In this document: one piece after another, positions 28,441 to 36,512 of the stretch
How positions within the stretch are numbered: position 1 is the stretch's first letter
How the letters are laid out: each line of letters opens with the position of its first letter
Assembly: GCA_001028815.1 (NCBI GenBank)
Contig: LDJB01000001.1
Location: forward strand, 513,634-577,633
DNA length: 64,000 bases
Source: Peptococcaceae bacterium 1109
Lineage (GTDB): Bacteria > Bacillota > Limnochordia > Darwinibacteriales > Darwinibacteriaceae
Direction: 5' to 3'
The notes under the pieces: model-generated
Databases searched by the model: none
What the model was told of the DNA's origin: nothing
Seen by the model: only the letters and a program-made list of their open reading frames with translations
Translations under genes and position numbers: made by a program

Positions 28441-28470
28441 TTGACTATTCCGCAATTTCACGGCTATAAT
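28441..28470 (+). promoter_or_regulatory. sigma-A promoter of trpS leader (TTGACT-18-TATAAT)
   Basis: ttgact 28441-28446 and tataat 28465-28470. Confidence 0.6.
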
Positions 28471-28477
28471 AAGGGAG

Positions 28478-28571
28478 AGATTACTGTGTACAAGGCGATG
28501 ATGGGGGAACAGCAGTCACTGGTTAAATGAGGCAGTACCGCGTCATTCGTCCCTTCGGAGGGGCGTTTTTT
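28478..28571 (+). promoter_or_regulatory. trpS 5' leader: T-box-like antiterminator/terminator attenuator (possibly degenerate or short T-box)
   Basis: AGAGA box near the 5' end; aaatgaggcagtaccgcg resembles T-box consensus AATTAGGGTGGNACCGCG; immediately followed by intrinsic terminator cgtccc-ttcgga-ggggcg + TTTTTT (28548-28571), ~70 nt before the trpS start. Confidence 0.4.
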
Positions 28572-28641
28572 AGTTTTACGGGGCAGGGAAGGGTAGGGGA
28601 TAGGTCCCTGCGCACATCAACCGATAGGGGGAACGTGGATC

Positions 28642-29727
28642 ATGGACACACACGAACACCTAGAATATGGCACGTTTGAGGCAACCCTGGAACGGAGCAG
28701 GCTTTTAGAAAAAGACATTTTAGAAAACCCAACTAAGCACAAGTTGCTCACAGGGGATAGGCCCACAGGAAGGCTCCACGTTGGGCACTTGTTTGGTTCG
28801 CTCCAGAATAGGGTGAGGCTGCACAAGCTCGGCGTGCCCACGTTCATTGTCATCGCTGACTACCAGGTGCTTACAGACCGGGACACTTACGAAAGCATCG
28901 CGGAGAACGTGCTGCAGCTGACCATTGATTACATAGCCGCGGGCATCGATCCACACGATGGGAAGACATTTATCTTTCCTCACAGCCATGTACCCGAACT
29001 AAACCAACTTCTGCTGCCATTCTTGACGCTTGTCACCATGGCTGAGCTGGACCGAAATCCAACTGTTAAGGAAGAGATTGCCGCGGCGGGCCTGACCAGG
29101 ATCAACGCGGGGATGTACACATACCCGGTACACCAAGCAGCTGATATCCTCTTCTGTAAGGGAACAGTTGTTCCGGTAGGGAAGGACCAGCTTCCACATC
29201 TGGAACTCACCAGGACTATTGCTCGGCGCTTTAACAACCGGTTTGCCGAGCACAAGCCAGTCTTTCCTGAACCACAGCCGCTCCTCAGCGAAGCCCCAAT
29301 TATCTTGGGTTTGGACGGCTCGCAAAAAATGAGCAAGAGCAGGAACAACGCGATTATGCTCAGCGCGGATGAGGATGAGACAGCGCGGCTTATCAAGAGA
29401 GCCAAGACCGATTCTGAGCGGCGCATCACATTTGATCCTACCAACAGGCCGGAAGTCTCCAACCTTGTGATGCTGGCCGCATTGTCCACAGGCCGCAAGC
29501 CAGAAGAGATCGCGGAAGAGATTGGCGACGGCGGAGGCGGCAAGCTGAAACAAGTGGTCACTGAGTCTCTCAATGAATATCTTAGGCCCTTGAGGGCACG
29601 CCGTAAGGAACTGGAGCAAAACCTGGACTACGTCCGGGACGTACTCCGCCAAGGCGTAGCCGCCGCCCGGGAGGAAGCTATCCAGACCCTCAACGAGGTC
29701 CGGGAAGTCATGAACATGACATTGTAA
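28642..29727 (+). CDS. trpS: tryptophan--tRNA ligase
   Basis: HIGH-type motif TGRLHVGH and KMSKS; class I Trp/Tyr-type; 361 aa. Confidence 0.8.
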   Translation: MDTHEHLEYGTFEATLERSRLLEKDILENPTKHKLLTGDRPTGRLHVGHLFGSLQNRVRLHKLGVPTFIVIADYQVLTDRDTYESIAENVLQLTIDYIAAGIDPHDGKTFIFPHSHVPELNQLLLPFLTLVTMAELDRNPTVKEEIAAAGLTRINAGMYTYPVHQAADILFCKGTVVPVGKDQLPHLELTRTIARRFNNRFAEHKPVFPEPQPLLSEAPIILGLDGSQKMSKSRNNAIMLSADEDETARLIKRAKTDSERRITFDPTNRPEVSNLVMLAALSTGRKPEEIAEEIGDGGGGKLKQVVTESLNEYLRPLRARRKELEQNLDYVRDVLRQGVAAAREEAIQTLNEVREVMNMTL

Positions 29728-29750
29728 GAGAGACACAGACGAAGCATAGA

Positions 29751-29783
29751 GTAGGCCGGCAAAACCCCGGCCTACTTGCTTTT
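29751..29783 (+). terminator. terminator after trpS
   Basis: gtaggccgg...ccggcctac hairpin followed by a T-rich tract. Confidence 0.7.
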
Positions 29784-29803
29784 CCGAGTTTAGTTTACAT
29801 AAT

Positions 29804-29831
29804 ATCCCTTATGCGAAGTTGCATAAGGGAT
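29804..29831. repeat. perfect 11-bp inverted repeat hairpin (atcccttatgc/gcataagggat)
   Basis: Seen directly; lies between convergent operons. Confidence 0.6.
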
Positions 29832-29855
29832 CGAAGGAGAGAACTGCTTCGCCCG

Positions 29856-29911
29856 GAGAAAGAACGAGCACCCAACCACAGTGAGAAGCCCATACTGAGG
29901 TTGGGTGCTCG
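29856..29911 (-). terminator. long-stem terminator for the minus-strand P-II/DUF1538 operon
   Basis: 13-bp stem cgagcacccaacc/ggttgggtgctcg with a 21-nt loop and TTCTTTCTC on the minus strand. Confidence 0.55.
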
Positions 29912-29953
29912 TGTTGCTATCGTCCCGTTCGAGTTACTGTAATCACTTACGCA

Positions 29954-30289
29954 TCACTCGTGATCTGATACTTCGACGAACTTCCGGTGCTGCAGCCCGA
30001 TTAGGCGATTAACGTCTAGCACAAAAGCAATTCCTGCGCCGGGGTTCTTCAGCTTACCCGACTCAACAATAGCATCGAGGACAGCATCTGTTTGATCGTC
30101 CCTTGTCAAGATCAGGAGAATCTCCCGTCCCGTTTCCAGTGTCAAGCCAAAGAACGTTTTTGCTTCATGCGCCCCTGTGCCGCGAGCGAAGAAAATCGTC
30201 CCACCTTGGGCGCCAGCTTTTTTTGCATCTTCCATCACCCGATCTGCTTCACCACGGGGTAGAATCGCTACAATACACTCGTATTTCAC
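29954..30289 (-). CDS. P-II-like (GlnB/DUF190-like) small signal-transduction protein
   Basis: 111 aa, beta-alpha-beta P-II-like pattern (GxGx...), paired with a DUF1538 membrane protein as commonly observed. Confidence 0.6.
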   Translation of the reverse strand: MKYECIVAILPRGEADRVMEDAKKAGAQGGTIFFARGTGAHEAKTFFGLTLETGREILLILTRDDQTDAVLDAIVESGKLKNPGAGIAFVLDVNRLIGLQHRKFVEVSDHE

Positions 30290-30360
30290 GTGGGTTCACT
30301 CCCTTTTGGGTCTGTGGATTTGTCCGTAACGCGCCTGTGTTTAGCGGCGAACACGTACTG

Positions 30361-31050
30361 TTAACGTGCTAATATGCCCAAGACCAAGAGGCCGATAACC
30401 GGACTTACTGCTACGATAGCGACAAGGCCCAATCCGTCGATCAGTGGATCCCGCCCTCCAATGGCTGAGGCAAGGGCTGCCCCAAGAGCCAGGATAATCG
30501 GGACGGTGATGGGCCCAGTGGTAACGGATCCCGAGTCAAAGGCCAGGCCTACGAGAGTTCTAGAAGCAAAAGGCGCCAAGGCAATGGCGAGCAAATACAG
30601 CGGAATGATCACGTAGATATAAGGCCAGCCCATAATTACCTTGAGCATCCCGATCACGAGCCCTACGCCTACGCCAAGGGCTACAAGCTGTACCACTAGG
30701 GTCTTTGTGATCTGTCCAGCAGAGAACTCTTCTACTTGCATACCTAGAGCTTGGAGCGATGGTTCTGCCAAGGTCATACCGTACCCAAGGATAAAGCTAA
30801 ATACAAGTATAACCCAGGGATTGCCAAAGGCGGTAAGGTTTTCTCCCACAGTTGTACCTAAGGGGAGCAGTCCCTTATTGAGTCCCTGGATAAATATGGT
30901 CAGCCCAATAATCGTAAGTATAAGGCCCGAAAAGATCTCCCGGGGGTTAGCTAAGGGCCTTCTAAGAATAAGTGCGTTGAAGGCAAGCAAAAAAATAACC
31001 ACTGGCAGAACGCTGATCAGTGTCTCCTTAAGCGGCTCCCATATGGCCAT
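30361..31050 (-). CDS. DUF1538-family membrane protein
   Basis: Polytopic; MAIWEPLKETLISVLPVVIFLL... pattern; start at MAIWEPL with GAGGGAG RBS (track ORF extends to 31113). Confidence 0.65.
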   Translation of the reverse strand: MAIWEPLKETLISVLPVVIFLLAFNALILRRPLANPREIFSGLILTIIGLTIFIQGLNKGLLPLGTTVGENLTAFGNPWVILVFSFILGYGMTLAEPSLQALGMQVEEFSAGQITKTLVVQLVALGVGVGLVIGMLKVIMGWPYIYVIIPLYLLAIALAPFASRTLVGLAFDSGSVTTGPITVPIILALGAALASAIGGRDPLIDGLGLVAIVAVSPVIGLLVLGILAR

Positions 31051-31214
31051 TAGCGTCTCACTCCCTCTGGATTGTCCTTTTGGTCGTTCTGTCGATTTCT
31101 GCTGTTCCGTCACGGAGCGTATCCCTCCTGTCCGTCATCCTATCACCCCCATAGTGTATTCGATTAAGTTTGTGAGAACCCTCTCAAAATCAGATAATTA
31201 ACCTATATTAGTGA

Positions 31215-31580
31215 TTAGTAAGCGTCCCTTGCCATTGCCATTTGTGTAGCAAGTTCCCCGCCTAGGATTGGGAGCGCGATCGCCTGCCCCGGGTAGATCA
31301 CAGCATCAGCTAGGCCGTTGAGGTTCTGGATGGCTTGAGTGGCCAGGCGGGGATCAACATCGGGATAGTACTGGCGTGCCAGCCCCCAGAGAGTATCGCC
31401 AGGGGCGATGGTAACTTTCAGATAGGCGCTAGTTGTGGGGTTTTCAAAAGCCCCGGACGAAACCTTCCCGGGATGCGCCAAAGACATGGCCAGCACTAGG
31501 ACTGCCAAGCCCAATACGGCCAGAAAGACTACTGCACTAATCCGGTCCACCATGCGCTTTACCTTCAACCCTTGCCTCAT
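31215..31580 (-). CDS. YneA-like LysM-domain membrane protein (putative SOS cell-division inhibitor)
   Basis: N-terminal TM segment + C-terminal LysM (YTVKPGDTLWGLA-like: VTIAPGDTLWGLARQYY); divergent from lexA with LexA boxes in its promoter; internal Met with GGAGGA RBS taken as the start. Confidence 0.7.
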   Translation of the reverse strand: MRQGLKVKRMVDRISAVVFLAVLGLAVLVLAMSLAHPGKVSSGAFENPTTSAYLKVTIAPGDTLWGLARQYYPDVDPRLATQAIQNLNGLADAVIYPGQAIALPILGGELATQMAMARDAY

Positions 31581-31592
31581 TGCCACTCCTCC

Positions 31593-31604
31593 AAACATAT
31601 GTTC
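31593..31604. promoter_or_regulatory. LexA (Cheo-type) box A: AAACATATGTTC, in the yneA-like 5' UTR/RBS region
   Basis: GAAC-N4-GTTC-type palindrome. Confidence 0.6.
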
Positions 31605-31628
31605 CCTTTATGCTTATAGAATAACCCA

Positions 31629-31640
31629 GAACATATGTTT
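31629..31640. promoter_or_regulatory. LexA (Cheo-type) box B: GAACATATGTTT, inside the 17-nt spacer of the yneA-like promoter
   Basis: Spacer of minus-strand promoter -35 TTGACA at 31646-31641 and -10 TATTCT at 31623-31618. Confidence 0.65.
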
Positions 31641-31655
31641 TGTCAACGGGGAATC

Positions 31656-31667
31656 GAACATTAGTTT
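31656..31667. promoter_or_regulatory. LexA (Cheo-type) box C: GAACATTAGTTT, overlapping lexA -35
   Basis: Overlaps lexA promoter TTGACC (31666-31671)-17-TATAAT (31689-31694). Confidence 0.6.
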
Positions 31668-31735
31668 GACCCCGTGGGCACAGAGTGTTATAATAAGCAA
31701 AAAGACAGGCCTGCTGTCCGCTGCGGAGGGGTATT

Positions 31736-32350
31736 ATGAGCAAACTGACGAAGAGACAACAGCAGATTTTGGAGTTTATCCGCTCCGAGGTTTCCCGTAA
31801 GGGGTATCCCCCATCGGTGCGAGAAATCGGAGAAGCCGTTGGCTTGCAGTCAAGCTCCACAGTGCACGGGCATTTACAGCGCCTTGAAGAGTTGGGTTAC
31901 ATAAGGCGGGACCCGGCCAAACCCCGGGCCATAGAGGTGCTAGATGATGACTCTAGCACCATGCGGGTACGGGCAGTCCACGTTCCGCTAGTGGGCCGCG
32001 TTACTGCGGGTACGCCTGTACTGGCAGTGGAGAACATTGAGGAGTATTACCCTATCCCTGGGGATTTTGTGGAACACGAGGATGTGTTCTTGTTAAGAGT
32101 GCAGGGCGACAGCATGATTGAGGCTGGAATTCTGGACCAAGACTTCGTCTTAGTGGAGAAAAGGCCCACCGCAGACAATGGCGACATTGTGGTGGCACTG
32201 GTGGATGGCACTGAAGCAACTGTAAAGCGCTTCTTCCATGAAGGAAGCCACATCAGGTTGCAGCCGGAAAATGCGAGTATGAGCCCGATTATCAGCACAG
32301 ATGTGGCGATCATCGGCCGGGTTGTGGGAGTATTCCGCCGCTTGCGCTAA
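31736..32350 (+). CDS. lexA: SOS repressor LexA
   Basis: N-terminal wHTH ([12 protein letters not shown]...[19 protein letters not shown]) and C-terminal S24 peptidase (GDSM...K catalytic dyad). Confidence 0.95.
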   Translation: MSKLTKRQQQILEFIRSEVSRKGYPPSVREIGEAVGLQSSSTVHGHLQRLEELGYIRRDPAKPRAIEVLDDDSSTMRVRAVHVPLVGRVTAGTPVLAVENIEEYYPIPGDFVEHEDVFLLRVQGDSMIEAGILDQDFVLVEKRPTADNGDIVVALVDGTEATVKRFFHEGSHIRLQPENASMSPIISTDVAIIGRVVGVFRRLR

Positions 32351-32380
32351 CGGCGGTGCCATCTAGAAGTTCAGCAGACA

Positions 32381-32413
32381 AAGAGCAATGCCCTCTACGG
32401 GATCATTGCTCTT
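32381..32413. terminator. hairpin between convergent lexA and a minus-strand small gene
   Basis: aagagcaatg...cattgctctt 10-bp stem with a 13-nt loop; weak T tract. Confidence 0.4.
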
Positions 32414-32780
32414 CGTTATATTCAGAACGGGGAATTAGCTTGCCGTTCTTGACAGTACTTTTGATGATGCGGTAGCGGTTATCGAACTCAATCTCCGCCT
32501 CCATAGGCTTGTAACAGCGGGAACCGATGATTGTCTTGCGAATAAAGAACTCGCCTGGCCCCTCATCTTTTTCGAGCCCATCTCTCCGCTGGATTTCGCT
32601 GGTTTTCCGCAGGCGAAGCTTGATGTGCTCGCCGCAGTTGGCGCACTCCAGATAGATCCACAGGGCTTGCCCCTCGTCGGTGGTCAGCTCTGACTGAGGC
32701 CTGAGGCCGCCTCCAGAACTGCCTCCGGTGATTTTCCGCAAAAGGTCACTAAGAAAACTCATTCGCCTACCTCCGCCCAA
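32403..32780 (-). CDS. hypothetical protein with Gly/Ser-rich N-terminus and CxxC...C zinc-ribbon-like core
   Basis: 125 aa; ECANCGEHI...GSRCYKPME; no family recognised. Confidence 0.45.
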   Translation of the reverse strand: MGGGRRMSFLSDLLRKITGGSSGGGLRPQSELTTDEGQALWIYLECANCGEHIKLRLRKTSEIQRRDGLEKDEGPGEFFIRKTIIGSRCYKPMEAEIEFDNRYRIIKSTVKNGKLIPRSEYNEEQ

Positions 32781-32787
32781 ATGAAGT

Positions 32788-33138
32788 TCATGCTTCTACT
32801 TGGGCATCACCCTGCACTTCTCCTCCTTTGAGTACCTCATTTTTCCCTAGGATGGTAAAGAACGACTCAAGAGCGGCCCTTTGGCCCGAAAGGCTTGGAT
32901 CATGACAAACAAGGGGTAGATCAGCGTACCGTCGCTGGGCAGCGTGGTATGCGTGATCTACCCCTCGTGTTTGCACCAGTTCTATAAGCCAAGCGTACAC
33001 CGTCCTCCGGGCATTGGCCTGAGCATGCCAATACTCGGGATCAGGGGCGTATTGGCTGAGCAGGGCTGCATGATCGGCGAGAATCGTGAACCGTTTCAGC
33101 CCTTTTAGGGCTTCAGCACGTGCCAGTTGAACCATCAT
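32788..33138 (-). CDS. hypothetical protein
   Basis: 116 aa ORF; no recognisable motif. Confidence 0.4.
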   Translation of the reverse strand: MMVQLARAEALKGLKRFTILADHAALLSQYAPDPEYWHAQANARRTVYAWLIELVQTRGVDHAYHAAQRRYADLPLVCHDPSLSGQRAALESFFTILGKNEVLKGGEVQGDAQVEA

Positions 33139-33298
33139 CGCCTTCCCCCTCCCCTGCTTTTACATAAACAAAGGTGGTCTTTCCGTCCAAGGTGACCTCA
33201 TAGTAATCGTACAGCTCGCCATCTTTTGGGAAAGTCCCTAGGTAATGGCATTCGCCAGCGAAAGGCGGGACGGTTGGCGGTGTGACACTGCCAAGCAC
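33113..33298 (-). CDS. hypothetical small acidic protein (overlaps next ORF by 26 nt)
   Basis: 61 aa; overlap in a different frame; coding status uncertain. Confidence 0.25.
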   Translation of the reverse strand: MLGSVTPPTVPPFAGECHYLGTFPKDGELYDYYEVTLDGKTTFVYVKAGEGEGDDGSTGTC

Positions 33299-33398
33299 AG
33301 CTACCAGCTCCTTTCTGCCCGTAGACCATCTTATTCTCCTGCCTGTGCTTCTGTGTTTGTCTTTAGTATTGTGTCCAGGGCACTGAGATATACTGGAT

Positions 33399-33423
33399 CA
33401 AAAAAAGCCACGTTGCCGTGGCT
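33399..33423 (-). terminator. terminator after surE (minus strand)
   Basis: agccacg-ttgc-cgtggct hairpin followed by TTTTTTT on the minus strand. Confidence 0.65.
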
Positions 33424-34221
33424 TTAACTGAGCTCTGCAGGAGCATGGCCCCTTTCTAAGTGGGGTTTTAGCTCTCTTATTAAGCGGTGGTATGTTAGGT
33501 CAAAATGGATGGGCGTGATGGAGACGTATCCGGCCTTCACCGCGTAGTAATCTACTTCCAGGTCACTAGGCTCTTCCAGTTCCCGTCCTCCCGTCATCCA
33601 GTAATATAGCCTTCCCCGGGGATCCCTCCGGGCTTCAACGCGGTTGCGAAACTCTTGGTTCCCAAGGCGCGTCACTTTAATCCCCTTTAGCGCTGGATAC
33701 TCCAGGGCGGGAACGTTGACGTTTAGAAGGCCATCTGCGGGTATCCATCCTTCCTTAAAAAGGCCGAGGTTATTCTGGAAGAGTTCCGCTACCACCTGAG
33801 CAGAAGTCTCTAGATGCTTCAGCTCCCCTCCCACTTGGGATACTGCCACTGCGGGGATGCCCAACAGAACGCCCTCGATGGCCGCAGAAACAGTGCCCGA
33901 ATAAAGCACGTCCGTGCCAAGGTTTTCGCCAATGTTGATCCCGGAGACGACCATATCTGGCCGGAGGCCCAAGCCGTGCACTGCCATTTTTACGCAGTCC
34001 GCGGGCGTCCCATCAACCATGAAGCAGCGGTTTTCAAACCCGGGAATGGCATCAATTTTGTCCATCCGCAAAGGTCTGTCAACGGTGATCGCGTGGCTCA
34101 TCCCGCTTTGCTCTCTGCTGGGGGCAATCACCGTCACTTCGCCAAAGGGGGCTAGCGCCTGTGCAAGGGCACGAATACCCGGTGCGAAAATGCCGTCGTC
34201 ATTGGTTACGAGAATTCTCAT
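33424..34221 (-). CDS. surE: 5'/3'-nucleotidase SurE
   Basis: MRILVTNDDGI N-terminus; start at MRIL (GAGGAAATGG RBS); the track ORF has an unsupported N-extension. Confidence 0.9.
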   Translation of the reverse strand: MRILVTNDDGIFAPGIRALAQALAPFGEVTVIAPSREQSGMSHAITVDRPLRMDKIDAIPGFENRCFMVDGTPADCVKMAVHGLGLRPDMVVSGINIGENLGTDVLYSGTVSAAIEGVLLGIPAVAVSQVGGELKHLETSAQVVAELFQNNLGLFKEGWIPADGLLNVNVPALEYPALKGIKVTRLGNQEFRNRVEARRDPRGRLYYWMTGGRELEEPSDLEVDYYAVKAGYVSITPIHFDLTYHRLIRELKPHLERGHAPAELS

Positions 34222-34258
34222 GCTCGGACCATCCATTTCCTCATTATGATTCCCTACC

Positions 34259-34918
34259 CTACTTGTAGCTTGCCCGCAGGACCCCTGGCATATCGACGAG
34301 CTCATCGATAATCTGTACCCTTCTTGTGCGGGGCGCCAGTTCTATTTCCATCTCCAGCCGAGCTTCCCCTTCATCTTCTGTGGTGAGCTGAACATGGTGC
34401 ACGTTCACGTCGTGCTTGGCAAGGATGGCAAACACCTTGGCCAACTGCCCGGGAGTATCCTGCACTATGACGGTGAGCATTTCATTCTTGCTCATAAGGT
34501 AGGACCATTCCAGTTTGTTCAAGAGTACCAGGGTTGCCACTACCAAGACCGTGGTCACAATTGCAGCAAAATAAAGACCCGCCCCCACCGTAAGGCCAAT
34601 TCCCGCGACCGTCCACAGGCTGGCAGCGGTAGTCAGGCCCCGGATATTCGCGCCCTCCCGCATAATTGTACCCGCTCCCAGGAAACCTATGCCGCTTACT
34701 ACCTGGGCAGCTATTCGGCCTGGGTCGTTTGCGGAATATCCTAGGCGGGGAAAGGCGTAGATGGAGACGATCATAATTAGGGTAGAGCCCATGCCCACAA
34801 GGATGTGCGTACGAAAACCTGCAGGCCTTCCCGTATGTTCCCGCTCAAGGCCGATGAGCCCTGCCAATACCAAGGACAGAATAAGTCTCAAAGCAAGTTC
34901 CACATTGGTGATCTGCAA
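34259..34918 (-). CDS. MgtC/SapB-family membrane protein with C-terminal ACT-like domain
   Basis: LALRLILSLVLAGLIGLEREHTGRPAG...GAGTI typical MgtC core. Confidence 0.85.
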   Translation of the reverse strand: MQITNVELALRLILSLVLAGLIGLEREHTGRPAGFRTHILVGMGSTLIMIVSIYAFPRLGYSANDPGRIAAQVVSGIGFLGAGTIMREGANIRGLTTAASLWTVAGIGLTVGAGLYFAAIVTTVLVVATLVLLNKLEWSYLMSKNEMLTVIVQDTPGQLAKVFAILAKHDVNVHHVQLTTEDEGEARLEMEIELAPRTRRVQIIDELVDMPGVLRASYK

Positions 34919-34923
34919 GCGCG

Positions 34924-36183
34924 CTATTCCTCCTCAATAAGGGTTTTAATGTGCTGATTTACCTCAGCTAGGGCTTGCAGGGCATAGGCTAACCCGATCT
35001 GTACGTGTTGGCGTGACATACCACCCTGCAGATAACCGATATACGGTTCCCTGATCGGGGCATCGGCACTGAGTTCAATGGAAGACCCTTGGATAAAGGT
35101 ACCGCCTGCCATGACTACCTGGTCATCGTAGCCAGGCATGTCGCTGGGAATGGGCAGGTAGTGGGCGTCAACCGGTGCTGCCATTTGGATGCCTCGGCAG
35201 AAAGCCAAAAGCTCCTCTTTATTAGGAAAACGAATGGCTTGCACAATATCAGTCCGCTTATCATGAGTGCCCGGCGAGGTCTCATAACCTAGCTGGGTGA
35301 AAACTTCTGCAGCGAGAAGTGCACCATACAATGCTTCCCCCACAATATGGGGTGCAAGAAACAATCCGTGAAGCAGCTGTCGTGTTAAGCCAAAGGTGGA
35401 GCCGATGCGGCCTCCGAGATGTGGTGCGGTGAGGATCTCGGCACAGAGCTCTACTAGGTCCTCTCGCCCGACGATGTACCCGCCGCTTACCGCCAAACTT
35501 CCCCCTGGGTTCTTAATGAGAGAGCCGGCGATTAAGTCTGCTCCCGCCTCGAGAGGTTCATAGGGTTCCACGAACTCGCCATAGCAGTTGTCCACGAAAA
35601 AAATGCAGTTGGGATTGCTCTTCCTTACCACTTCCACAGCTTCGCTGATGTGAGCAATATCAATGGGCGGGCGCCAGCTGTACCCTCTGGACCGCTGGAG
35701 AGTTACCATCCTGGTGTTGGGCGTAACTGCTTGAGCGATAGCCTCAAAATCCAGGGTGCCATCGGCCTTAAGGGGGACTTCCCTATACTTCACGCCACGG
35801 GTAACCAGGCTGCGCTTGGATTGGCCCTTAACCCCAATCACCATCTGCAGCGTGTCGTAGGGCGCGCCACTAATTGACACCAGTTCTTCCCCAGGTTCTA
35901 AGAGTGAAAGGCAGATTGAAATGGCGTGAGTGCCTGAGGAAATCTGGGGCCTTACAAGGGCGGCTTCACCTTTGAATACATTTGCATATACCGCTTCCAA
36001 GGTCTGACGCCCTAAGTCATGATAGGCGTATCCGGTGGACTCACTGAAACAGTCGCTGCTCACACGCTCTTTATGGAAAGCCTTGAGAACCTTTTCCTGG
36101 TTAAGGATGGCAATTCGTTCAGTCTCTTGGTAGGGCTCGGCAATCCGGCGCCGAGCTTCCTCAATTATCCGCATCGTCATCAT
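34924..36183 (-). CDS. YnbB-like PLP-dependent 'aluminium resistance'/Cys-Met-metabolism family protein
   Basis: ~415 aa; PLP fold-I pattern; N-terminus resembles YnbB; exact start ambiguous (36174-36183). Confidence 0.7.
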   Translation of the reverse strand: MMTMRIIEEARRRIAEPYQETERIAILNQEKVLKAFHKERVSSDCFSESTGYAYHDLGRQTLEAVYANVFKGEAALVRPQISSGTHAISICLSLLEPGEELVSISGAPYDTLQMVIGVKGQSKRSLVTRGVKYREVPLKADGTLDFEAIAQAVTPNTRMVTLQRSRGYSWRPPIDIAHISEAVEVVRKSNPNCIFFVDNCYGEFVEPYEPLEAGADLIAGSLIKNPGGSLAVSGGYIVGREDLVELCAEILTAPHLGGRIGSTFGLTRQLLHGLFLAPHIVGEALYGALLAAEVFTQLGYETSPGTHDKRTDIVQAIRFPNKEELLAFCRGIQMAAPVDAHYLPIPSDMPGYDDQVVMAGGTFIQGSSIELSADAPIREPYIGYLQGGMSRQHVQIGLAYALQALAEVNQHIKTLIEEE

Positions 36184-36442
36184 CAGACTCGGTTAGAACT
36201 GTGGCGCCAAAGGCCGCCTTGGCCTGCGTCCGCTTGCCGGGGATTTGGTTAAGCATACTGTCCCGCAAGGGCTTCTCCGAATGGATATTCAGCCGGAACT
36301 TGTTGTTTGCGGCGGCTGCCATCTCAAGTTCCCCTGAGATGCCGTGTTTCTTCCATAGTTTCGCTGCTGTTTTTAGCATCTGTTCTTCGGTTTCAAATTC
36401 AAATCCAACTGATTGCACTAGCGTGTTCCTCCTGTCGCACAT
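36161..36442 (-). CDS. small hypothetical protein with acidic tail (DDDDADN), stop overlaps ynbB-like start
   Basis: 93 aa; no strong RBS; overlap by ~11-23 nt suggests coupling if real. Confidence 0.3.
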   Translation of the reverse strand: MCDRRNTLVQSVGFEFETEEQMLKTAAKLWKKHGISGELEMAAAANNKFRLNIHSEKPLRDSMLNQIPGKRTQAKAAFGATVLTESDDDDADN

Positions 36443-36512
36443 CTACTATGATTATTCGCTGCGGCGGCGAAAAAGTCCTTCCCCATGGGGGTTTGTGAGC
36501 GGTTGCACATAC

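Noticed and set aside
28999-29736. 245-aa minus-strand ORF
   Set aside because: Antisense to trpS (HIGH/KMSKS motifs on plus strand); no motif or RBS.
30641-31201. 186-aa plus-strand ORF
   Set aside because: Antisense to the DUF1538 gene.
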